Assembly (NCBI GenBank): GCA_038087875.1
Contig: CM075998.1
Coordinates: 1,674,001 to 1,738,000, forward strand
DNA from: Malacoraja senta
Taxonomy: Eukaryota
Direction of reading: 5' to 3'
Length of the DNA stretch: 64,000 bases
The position numbers and the translations under genes were made by a program. The notes below the pieces were generated by a model that worked only from the letters and a program-made list of their open reading frames with translations, ran no database searches and was not told the DNA's origin. How positions within the stretch are numbered: the first letter of the stretch is position 1; each line of letters begins with the position of its first letter. Shown piece by piece: positions 1-12,100 of this stretch.

Positions 1-1502
1 TTATTTTTCTGTAGAAATGAGGATCTGCAGATGCTGGATTACAAAAAACTCAGCAAGTTAGGCAGCATCTCTGGAGAACGTGGATAGAGTCTGAAGAAGG
101 GTCCTGATCCGAAATATCACCTATCCATGTTCTCCAGAGATGCTGCCTGACCCACTGAGTTACACCAGCGCTTTGTCCTCTCTTGTTTCTCTATTTTTTG
201 TTGTTTTCTCTTATCATCTCACACAGTGAGTTTTCTTTTGCCCTTTAATTTACTCTTGGTCTCCAACTCATCAGTGTACAAGTTATCTTCCTTGTGTGCA
301 TGGACATTTCTTTTTCACCCCATTTCCTATTCCCTGGCTCTGTTCCTCTTCAGGAGCTTTTGTTCTGTAATGTCTTTTAGATTCTGATGAAAAGTCAGAG
401 ATCTAAAACATTAACCCTACTTCCCTTTCTCCACAGATGCTGCCTGACCTGCTGAGTGTTTCCAACATTTTTTGTTTTTAGTTCAAGTTCCTGCTGTCAG
501 TTGGGCCATACTCAGGAGGTTCCACTGCTGAAACTAGATACCTCCTCTTGGACACAAGTCATCACATTAACATTATTCCAAAGCATACACCCTAATGTCC
601 AAAACTCAGAATGTTCATTGGCAATTATTTTCCTACCACTTCCATAGAGCTTATTTGCAAATGTAAGAACCAAACCACAGACGATTTTGATGTTCTTATA
701 CTTCGCTCTATTTAAGGATATTAAAATGAACAACCAGTGCTGCAAACAGCATCATCTTATAAATTGATAGGATTAATATTATGTACATATTGTACATATT
801 GTTTGCTATGCTGTGTTTGACAGGTTTTTAAAACATGTATTTACCTTTAGAAAATTCTTCTAAACAGTAGGTTAATGTTTCAATTGATGCTGGGTTCCAG
901 CGCGGTAGATCTTAATACAGTCCAAGTAAACGCTTTGTTTAAAAGGAAATAAAAGTATTTGCACTTATTTGTATGAAATGCTGTCAAATGAAGAACAATA
1001 AAGGACATTTTAATTTTAGCTTGTACCATCTATTGACCTCTCATTTATTTTCAATTCCACATAAAAATAATTGGTGGGTAAAATGTTTTAAAATTCGCAC
1101 CTTTGAGAATTTAAGAAGCATCACTGTTTTGTTGAAGGATCAGTTGACTATGGGTAATGTTTCTGAACAGTTAATTCTGACATAGTACTAGAATTGAGGG
1201 GGAAATTCTCCACTAGTTTGAATCATCCCAACGAAGGAAGATAGTTATTGTTGTTGGCAGTGAATTATCTCAGCTTCACTTCATCGCTGCAGGTGATGCT
1301 CTGTGTAGTTTTCTCAGCCCAACGATCTTCAGCTTCTGTCCATTACAAGGTTGGAAGTGGGGATATATGAATTACACCAATGTTTAATTCCATTTAAAAA
1401 CCCTATGATAAAGCATGATCTAGACAGAGTTCAGATATGCACTATTAAGTGGCAATTTTTTGTTCCCACCGCACAATCAGGCAATGACTCTCCCCAACAA
1501 AG

Positions 1503-1745
1503 TTGGGAAGTCACTTGCCATAGAATTCAGTGTCTAACCCACTCTTGTGGCCTTGGGGTCGACAATGCCTCACCTACACTAGTGCCCACAGTATCTTGAG
1601 GCGGCAGGCCCATTTATGTTTGTGGCCGATGGTGAACCCTATTTTCATCCTACGGTTCACAAACTTAAATGGGCCTGCTACGCCAAATTACCCTGAGCAC
1701 TAGAGTGGGTCGGGCACTGTGAATCTCACGGCAAGTGGCTCCCCA
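1503..1745. mobile_element. Old MITE-like imperfect palindrome
   Basis: Arms pair around ~1640 (gcaggcccatttatgtttgtg / cacaaacttaaatgggcctgc) and out to the ends (gggaagtcacttgcc / ggcaagtggctcccc). Confidence 0.65.
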
Positions 1746-2089
1746 GACCTTTCCACAATTTAGAAGGTGTGTCAAGAAAGTGCTGACTAAAAACTAGGTT
1801 GAGCTTGGTCAGCTTTGTTTCACTTAAGATCCCACCACAACATCTCAAAACTGACAAATATATATGAATCCCTTTAATGTTGACTCAAATTGAGGTACCA
1901 GAGCTAAGCAGAGCAATGTTGTAAATGAGTGCCATGTGATTTTTTTACTTCAGCAAGGTGTTGGAGCTATGGATGCTTTTGGTGCATGGTAGGGGGACTG
2001 ATTCTTATTTCTTGATTGTATTGTCTTGAAGAATCGCTCAGGAAAGACAAAAACCAAAGGACATCACAACAGGTATGTCATTACAGAGT

Positions 2090-2167
2090 AATATTAGCAG
2101 CAATATTAGTGAAAATTAGTGAATTATTAGTGAAATTCACTAAAATTAGTGATTATTAGCAAAATTG
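2090..2167. repeat. Short AT-rich minisatellite (~11-bp unit AAATTAGTGA) with one inverted unit
   Basis: aatattagtgaaaattagtgaattattagtgaaattcactaaaattagtga. Confidence 0.6.
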
Positions 2168-5100
2168 TAGGCTGTGGAGAACATAGGACCAAATGAGAGA
2201 TTAAAGAATCGGTTTCATGCGTATAAATATCCTTTTAGGTTTTGGTTAAAACCATTGTAGATTTTTATTGTGGGTTACCACCTGCAGCGGATCAAATACA
2301 TATCACATCACTTGTCCATTTGGCATGAGAGGAAACTTGTCACAATTCAATTTGTGTAGGATTTATTATTTTTCCTTTGTCTTTGTTGATCTCGCCAATT
2401 TACAAACACTGGTAAACATGAAGGTAAATTGAACCTTTACATTAACCTATTATAACAACCAAAGAGTACATAAAGTATATATTGTAAAGTCTAGCACGTA
2501 CATACTTGTGTGAGCAGATAGAGAGTTGGTATTGTGTTTCTGTAACTTGTAGAAGTGAATTCATTTTGGTCACAAAGTGCTTTAGCAATCATGTGCCGTG
2601 TGTCTGAGAACATTTTATTTTAAAGCGCAGACAATTAACAAATAAAAAAATAACGCAAAAATCTCATATGGTAAATTTAACTTGGCCTTAAATTTAATAA
2701 AGTTTCAAATTCAAAAAAACAACACAATTGAATTAACTGCCAATTTTATTTCCCGAGTGATGGGTTGGATGTGAAAGTATCACAGCAGCATCCCATTCAC
2801 CACCTTTAGTATGTCACCCATGAAAATTTCAGCAAGTCTGTTTCCCAGAGGCTTCTGTCTCCTTTGGCATCTTGCTTGAGAAGGCACAAAAATAATGATA
2901 GTGGTACAAAGATTATAAAAGGGGAAATTTAAGCACTGAACAATTCAGAGAATTCAAATGACTGACTTGCACTAATGTCAATTCTGTGCAAAGTTTGAGG
3001 TAAGGAGGCCACCTGCATTTTACATTACATTTAAATATTTTAAGAATGAACAGAGTTTTGCCATTTTAAGTCTACTTCCATTTGATGTGCCATGAATTTT
3101 ATCAAATGCAATGACAACCCATTTAAACTTTCACTGAAATAATGCTGTGTCACTTTTCAAAATTTATTTAACTCAAAATATAATGCCTAAACAATACCAC
3201 AAAGATGCACTACTTTAACAACTGTAGCATCACTCCCAATTCAAAAAAAAAGTGCTGGAAAAGACCAAAGTGATTACACACAAGAAGTTGCTTTTAACGG
3301 GGCAAAAAAGTCCAAACTGTTTGCCCTTGAATACAAGAACTGATCCTAGTACTGGTGGCAATGTTAAATGAACATTTTATTTTAGGTGACGGGGAGAGGG
3401 AGGTGGGGGGGGAACTTCCATTCCAAAACAAATTGGGGCAGTATTCTTCCTTCTAAAATCCATTTCCAAAAACTTCACCACAAAGCATAAATCCCACACA
3501 CCTTGTAAAAAAAAAAATCCATGTGTGCAAATCCAGAGGTTTGTTACAGGGAAATCATTTACAGTAATCTTCATTAACTAAATGCTATTGGAATATCCCC
3601 CTAATTATTTTGTGTTCCAGTTACCATTCACTGCAGCCGAAGGAATTAACAATAAGGAATAAATTGTCAAATCAGTGGAATTTATAATATTAGGCTTAGC
3701 ACAATGCAGAGTGCAAAATGGACATTATTCTTTCAGTTAATTTATTGTTATTAAATCATAGCTATTTTATTTTTTTGTACCTTTTCCTCTTCCTTCTGCC
3801 TCATGCTGTTTTTACTGCAGACATGTGATCGACAAGGTCTGTGCTCATTTTGTGGGGGCTACCAGTGGATGTCCTAGTGATTAACTTCGTGAGGTAGAAA
3901 TATTCATATATCCCTTCATCTTTCAAGAAGCTAATATTTGAATAATCTAATAATCTTTTCTAGCAGCTTCGACAGGAAATGGACAGAATTTACCCAGTGC
4001 TGTATTTGTATGCTAGTGTGGATTTGGAGTTGCAACTCTCATGTTTATGAGCCCATTGCTCCACTATTCCTCACAATATCAGCATTGGGACCATTGGATT
4101 TTCTAAGCAAGTTGAGTTTTAGTTTAGAGATTACAATAAAAAGGGTCAACAGAAAAGAAATCAAGGAACAGAACTCTGCTTTTCTTCCCACCAAAATTGT
4201 TCGCCGATTTAAGTGTTTTATGCAGCAAAGTAGAAAAATCCCGAAGAATGATTGTTACTGCTGCCACTGTTTTTGTATACACTGAGTGGAAGACTCAGAC
4301 AACCCAAGAAATGAATAATAAAGGATTGTTGGCAGATTTCCTGAACTTAGTTTAAAATATTATGTTTTCTAAAGATTATATGGCAAAACCACAAATATCT
4401 TCTCGTGAACATTCAGAACTTGTTCTTGTGAAATTCTGGTTTGTAGAGTTTGACGAGGCATCAAAAACCATCAAAGATGTGGCTTAAGCCTTTCAAATTC
4501 TCAAAATGCAAATTATTATGCCAACTGATAAATCTTCAAAATTATATTCTTTCCTTCTGCGTCTTTGTTCCTCGCTAATAAATGAGGAGTGCTGAGTTAC
4601 TGAGACTTGCAAGAGAGTTTTAGATGTTATGTGAAAATTAAGGACCAGTGTTGCATTTTCCACACAACTATTTTTCCCTTTTCAGGCAAGTTCTGCAACA
4701 TGTTTTGTGTGGGGAAAAACGCTAGTACCTGTACCATAAAATGTTATTCTACGTCTTTATAAAAAATACTATTGAAATTTCAGATACGTGCAAATCTAAA
4801 ATGCGTTGCAACAATCGTAAAGAAGGGCATGTACCCAAAATCAGCTTGTGTGTGGGCAAGGCAAAATTATGAAGTGTATCCAAACTAATTAAAAAATTAA
4901 ATTGCTGAATATTCTAGCATTTATTTTGCAAAATAAAAGGATGATAATGATCAGTTGTGTGTACAAATGTTCATTCTGCTGATGATTGTCCTTTGTGACA
5001 AAATCAATTTGCTCATTGATATAGTCATCTTAAAAGAGTTAAATTGTCTTGAAAGACAATTTAATCTATGTATACATATTTTGAAAGTGCCATTATGTTG

Positions 5101-5940
5101 CTGGTTTGGGATCATGTGAAAAAGATTACAAAGATTATGGAAATATTATATACTATTTGGAGTGGCAGGGTAGGGTTTTAAATTTTGCGTGACCAAACAC
5201 GAGCTGTGTGATAAGATCTATTGGCTACAAAATAAGATTTCCAGTAAAGTTCCCCTTGATGGCACTTTCTTATTTCACAATTTTTCAAAGTAAACTTCCA
5301 ATTTATTTTGAGGAGTTGTGTAGTGAGAGAGTAGGGTGGATGATGGTATGGGGAGCAGTTTAAAAAAAAAAAGGAATTTTAAGAACTACAAATATCCATC
5401 CTACTTCAGAAAAGGTAGATTTAACCAGCTAGATTAGAAATTCACTGCTGTAAAATGTAAACTTGCTTATGTTTTTCATGAACTTAAAGAACAAAAAAAA
5501 ACCAACACATTTTTGTCCCATCAAAACAACCCATTATATTATTCTTAAAGCATTTGCAATTAGCAAGCATTTTAAAAACAGCAGGTTATACATTTTATGT
5601 AACTTGTAAAATATGATTAATAATTAAGTAAGCTCATGGGGATTATTTTTCCAATTAATGAGTGAATTCTAACATTCAAACCCTGAATTTGAAGAATATT
5701 AAAATATTGAAAAAAGCCGAGTAATTTATCTCCATTTGCCTTTTTTTCTGATAGCTTCCTGTCTGTACAGTAATTTAGATATATCCTCTGTTCTATAATT
5801 CCCTGCTCAGGGACATTAACAGCATTCATATTCTTTCAAGCACACCTTCAGTAACAACACAGTAAATTTCACAATGTCACTTCGTGATGATAGGATAGTT
5901 CTTGTGTTGTAAACCCCTTTCTTTAAAAAGACAACTACTC

Positions 5941-6126
5941 TTATAAGGCTTGAGTTTTGAGTTCAATGGGATCACTCCGAGGTTCCTGCTGCCCCTCCGC
6001 TTCTGGGGGATGAGCTCCTTTAAGAATAGCCAATCTCTCCGACAGGCCTCTCATCCTGGGGAACAGGATGAAATCGTACACCAGAGCTGCAATAGCACCT
6101 CCTATCAGAGGGCCCACCCAGTATAC
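5941..6126 (-). CDS. MIP: MIP/AQP0 coding exon 4 (VYWVGP...ELKTQAL*)
   Basis: Acceptor tctttgcag|GTA, stop TAA at 5941-5943. Confidence 0.97.
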   Translation of the reverse strand, partial: VYWVGPLIGGAIAALVYDFILFPRMRGLSERLAILKGAHPPEAEGQQEPRSDPIELKTQAL

Positions 6127-9100
6127 CTGCAAAGATACAGAAATAACGTAATTCAGATACAAAATAGTGATAACTAATTAGAAATGAGCCTTCCCTCAAA
6201 TGAAGACACAAAGTGCTGGAGGAACTCAGCGGGTCAAGCAGCATCTGTGGAGAATGTGGATAGGCGATGTTTCGGGTTGGGTTTATTCTTCAGTCTGATT
6301 GTGGTATGAGGGAGATAGCTGGAAGAGAGGAGAGGGCAAGACAAAGCCTGGCGAGTGATAGGTGGATGCAATCCCCTCAATTGTTTTACTTTCCTAAGAC
6401 TTGTGACTGAGCCAGGGCATGGTGCCATAGGTCCTAACATCCCATCCGAACTTCACCCGTGACTATCAAAGCATGAATCTGGACAATCTGGCAATTTCAT
6501 CAGGGCAGCATCACAAATGAGCCAGATCCTGAGGTTATCAAAACATCTATTTTTACCAGCATCTTAATAGGGTCTCAGTTAGTAGCAGCCTTGTCGCTGA
6601 ACAAAATAATTGTGGGTTAGGTCCCACTCTCGATTCTTAGATGGTGCTCCAGTGCAGTACATGAGGAAGTGCTGCACTGTTGAAGGTGTCTTTTGGGTGA
6701 GGCCTGAAGCCACATCTGCTCTCCAAGGTAGGTGTGAAAGGTCACATAATTTTTAAACACAGAAAGTAGTTTTATCCCAGATGGCCAGGCCAGTTTCAAA
6801 ATCACTATAAACCAATGTCTTGTCCTTATCACTTTGACATTTATGGGAACTTGCAGTGTGTAATGGCCTACTTAATTTCCTATCATATAAACATAAATAC
6901 TCTTTAAAACTACTTTGTTGGCTGTAAAGTGCTTTAGAACTTGATGTCATAAATCAGAACTTTTTGTATATTCTCATTTACTTTTTCCTGCACAAGTTAC
7001 TTTTATTATTCAGATTACTCACAATCAAGGGGGTGCATAAAACACATGTTATATTTAAAACAGGAAAATCTTACTCCTAATTAGAATATACAAGCTTAGC
7101 AGAACTTCTGAATTTTGTTTACATTATACAGGCGGTGTAACTGCGGTGTTCTGATTCGACAGATCCTCTTCAAAAATGACAGACAATTTTTAACCTTTTG
7201 AAAGTGCTTCAAATTAAACAGAATATATGGTCAGACAAAACCTCATGAAGTGCATATGTTGTTCCCAGTGTAGTTGAATTAGTTTAGCTGTATTTGAAGA
7301 ATCCTTCGATCAGCCAGTAACTATACAAAATCCTTGGCATACGAAAATGCCCATAGTTACTTGAAGGATTGTGTTTATGTGTGTTGATTGAAGCAATTTT
7401 GGTGTTATATCGCAAGATCTTTAATATTTAAAAAAATTAAGCAATTTGTTCAGTTGCTCACTCTGTTTTAGTCAAAATCAGTTTGTGCTTACCCAGTGAT
7501 TTCTGAAATTCCTAGTGAGTACCGCTGGTGCAAAGGACCTGGCTGGATTCATTCCACACCCCGTGTAATAAAGCTGGAGAAAACAGTGGAGAGATAATTA
7601 TATGTCAAAAAAGTTTCAATGGTCAGTTCATAAGAAGGAAAGGTACTAATTGCCATTCATCACTACTTGAGTATTAAGAGCCCTGAGTTTAAACTCCTGT
7701 CAATCATCAATACTATGCAAGAAAATATGAAAGAACATAAAAACATTTGCCAATTAATCACACAGGATCACAAATGACTTTTCTGATTGTGTTTCTGAGA
7801 CTCGGGCTTCAAATATATTCACCAGGAGAGCTGCAAACCCCCCCCCCCCCAACTAGCCATCCCAGCAGCTCACCAGATTTAAAAGCAAAACCATCCACAC
7901 CTGGCAGCAGTTGAGCCAGCTACAGGGCAGCAACCACAGAGGGCGGACTGGGCCGGGTGGACATCAGTAGCCCAGATTATTGTTGTGGGCACCAGAAGCC
8001 CTCAAAAATAATTCAGACCTTACCTTTGCATAGCCTCTTCTCTTCCATCACCCATGGAACTGGCCAAATCTTGCCCTCCATTTATGCCAAGCAGTCAGCA
8101 CCCAAACTTGAAATTTGGATCCTAGTTATATTTGAGGATCTCTAAGGGGCTGATTTGCCAGAAGTGCTTTAGACATGGTGTGCAGCTCTCAAAACAGAAT
8201 GAGTCACAAATTTACAACACAGAAGGAGGTTGTGCAAAACAAACCATTTGTTTATCTCATTTCCTAGTTTAGTTTAGGTGCACAGTGAAAAGCTTTTTTG
8301 TTGCGTGCTATCCAGTCAGCAGAAAGACAATACATGCCTACACACATGCCCATGGTTACTTGAAGGATTCTGTTTATGTGTGGTAATTGAAGCAATTTTG
8401 GTGTTATATTACAATATAAAGGGAATAACATTTAGTGCAAGGTAAAGTCCAATTAAAGATAGTCTAAGGGTCTCCAATGAGGTAGATGGTAGCCCAGGCC
8501 TGCTCTCTAGTTGATGGTAGGATGGTTCTGTTGCTTGGTTCGGTTGTTGGTCCACAGGAGTGGAGTTGGATTCATAAAGGTGGCAAAGATCCCATGAATG
8601 CCAATTCAACTGACTGAAAATCAACCCTCATCCTTTTCACAATGGCATGGACTCTTCCAAGGGTAATTATCATTTGGATTGAATTAGCAATTTAGCAGAA
8701 TTGCTAAAAGTTCCTGTTCAGAAATTTAGCAACAGGATGATGATCAAGAGTATGAGATTTATCTAATCTATTCCCCTTCCTCTTCTGGGGGGCCATGGCC
8801 TATTTTAGAACTTCAGTTGTATCTTAGCTAAAGGAAGCTGATACACTGGAGATTTTCTTAGCCTGGATGGGGCAGCACCACAGAGAGTTGCATTTTGCAA
8901 CGTATCTGTTGGCACAGTGCCTTTTACCTTTGAGTCCAGAGCTGAGGATATGTTCCACATCTAACGCTTTGGCAAATGAGATAGAAATTTGCAGACTTAC
9001 CCCAAAGAAGTGACCCACAGTGAGTGAAAAGCCAATGATCACGGCTGCTGAGCCCATGAATCCATTTCTGCGAATGTCTGTTGTGGCAAAAATACAGAGG

Positions 9101-12100
9101 ACAAACTGAAGAGTAAGGAATATCTCTACAGCCGTGCCCTGGCCAATACCCACTCCAGCATGCAGCTAAAGAATGAAACAAAACATCATTATTAGAAATG
9201 ACAAAATCAGGCCAGAAATGAATGTAAAATGGTGTATTTATCGGCGTTTCACGGGATATATTTGCCTGCTATCAACAATCAACAAATGACATTACTCTGA
9301 GATTGTACAATCCTCTGGGTCTGAGTTTATACTTATGTTTGAATGCCATCTTAGACCATGGATTCTTAATGTTCACAGAATGCTACATGACTTAAAGCAG
9401 TGCACACTTGCTTAGTGAGGGACCAATATTGTGTCATTCCTTCAGGAACTTGGCAATCAATTAATTGAAAGACCTCAACCTGATCAGAGGAGTAAAAGTC
9501 ACTACTTTTTCCCCCTTAATCTCCGTTAAATCTCATTTCCACCCTTCCTTTGTGAATCAAATACCCAATAGGTAGGAGCAAGCAATGAGCATAAAAGCTG
9601 AAAGATTTCCTTTGCGTTTTAATGTTCATCAGTTTTGTGATTTCTTTGCTTAATGGAGAATGGGGTTGCTCCAGTTTTGAAACTATAAAATATTGGAGTA
9701 AACCAAAGCTATCTCTACTTTGCCCAACAGTATGCATTAACGTTCAAGTGCTTCAATTTTCCATACAATGGTTTTGCATTGTCTTTTGAGAATAGCAACT
9801 AATTCTTAATTAAGTGTAGATAGACACAAAATGCTGGAGTAACTCAGCGGGACAGGCAGCATCTCTGGAGAGAAGGAATGGGTGACGTTTCGGGAAGGGT
9901 CTCGACCCGAAACGTCACTCATTCCTTCTCTCCAGAGATGCTGCCTGTCCCATTGAATTACTCTAACTTTTGTGACTGTCTTTGGTGTAAACCAGCATCT
10001 GCAGTTCATTCCTGCATAAGTGTAGTTCAGAGACATGAAGCTATATTCATGTGGAATTAGATTGAGAGTGTTCACTGTGCTTCAAGTGGGACAGCCAATA
10101 ATCTGCAATGAGTCATGATTTCAGAAAGCTAAATTTAGAACAAAGGCAAATATTTTATAAATATTGTTTTAACCTACCTCCCACTGGGAAAAGAGTTGAA
10201 TTATGACTTTCCTCCACAACTGTCAATATCTACGCCTGTGAACTCAATATTGGATTAATGTATTACATGAATAACGGGCTTTGTTCAGCATGTAGGAAAC
10301 TTTTAACATCCTATAATTAAATTATATCAATGATGGATTTTAGCTAAATTTGACAACTATTACTTTTACTATTTTTAAGTATCTATCCTTCGTGAAATCC
10401 TAGTCACGACTGCCTATGCATTTTCCAAAACACGAGGAAGTATACTTGTTTTCTGCACATATATGCAAAATATTTCACATTGTACAACATATAAATGTCC
10501 TTGCGAATTTAATTCTTCATTTTTCATTCTTGTGCATTTTACGACGTGACGTTTTTACAACTGAGACAAAAAAAATCATTATTTATTGCTTGGGAGAAAA
10601 AAGATAGTCCAAAAAATCAATCATTCAAATATGTGGTTCTCCCATTCCACATACACTCTATTGCACAGTCTAACAACATTAACACTTGCGTCTAGCATAA
10701 GCTCTTATCCATAGTGTGCATGCATCATGCAGCCACTTTATGCTGCTTTAAGCCAGAGGCATTTGACTTGTCCATGTTTTTCATTGCCTGGTGTTCACAG
10801 CTGATGTGCAAAACATTTTAGTCCCTATCATTAAAACAGTTTACCCAAACAAATGAGTTTCTATGGTTTACAGTGTTTGCAGTGGAATAAATCAATGCCA
10901 GGTTGAATTGGAAATGCAAAATGATTCAAACAAATATGAAAATAAGACTAGTTCATTATATTGCTCAAATAATATCAAGCTGAGTGAGTTACTTTGAAAT
11001 GTGCAGTTATCTTGTAGGAAACTGTATACGCCAAAATCCCACAAACACCAACGCGATGAATGACTCGTTAATCTGCTTGTGATGAAGTTGTCTGAGAAAG
11101 ATTTGTAGAATGTGGGATCTCATGGGAGCTACAAAGTTCACTTGTAATACCAGAACAGGTAGATGGGCCTTGCTTGAGCATGTGGGGTGGTTCAGGTATA
11201 GTAGGAAATCTTCTAAAATACTTAACTCAAACAATATTAATGTGAATGCATCATGATGCCACACAGTCAAAAGCAAAGTGTAACGTCCTATGTTCTAACT
11301 CAGCAATTGATGCATTTGCTTAGAAAGGCAAAATATATTTTATGCCTAAAACTAAACCAACAGTATTCTTAATGTGTCACCATTATTTAATTTTAACTTT
11401 TGAGATTAGTACTACTTTTGAGAAGATTGACCATTAAATGTCATTGCATCTAATTTGCGCTGAACTGTGTATATTTGTTCTTTGGTAGAAAATGCATTTC
11501 AATTAATTTTCCGTGATATTTTGGAAAGTGTCCAAAGCTATGTCAATAGATTGTATGTAGGTCCGACGTAGTATATAGTAAAGTACAATAATACAGTAAA
11601 ATATACAACTTAACCTTGTCAGGCAAATACTGAATTTTGCATCTAGTCCATGGTGGGCTTGTGGCTAAATGTATATTTAATCCTAGGAAGGTACATGCTA
11701 GCTTATAAATTGCAGTCCTGGCTAACGGTTTTGGTTATTCACAGACTAGTAGGGCATTATACATTCACTTGGAGGACTAGTTGTAGTGTGTCACCATTAT
11801 CTGAAGTTGAGGTAGTCATTCAAAGAAATGTTAATGTTTGTATATAGGGAGTATCCTTGGGAGTAGAGAAGGGGAGAACTTCAGCCATTGTTCCTAGCAG
11901 CCAGAAAAGAGTCACTGTTTCAAAACCTACATATGCAAAGCTTTGGTAGAAACATTAGATCATGGCAAACTTTCATAGACATAGTGCTTGTTATGAGTGA
12001 ACTGCTTTCTTTTAAAGAGCTACTTGCATGTATCCCATCTTATCATGCACTTTGTGTTGTTTTAATATATAAACCAGCAGCCGCAGTTCCTTGTGTCTAC

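Noticed and set aside
5938-5943. AQP4-style stop-codon read-through
   Set aside because: Both aquaporins end in TAA, without the TGA-CTAG context
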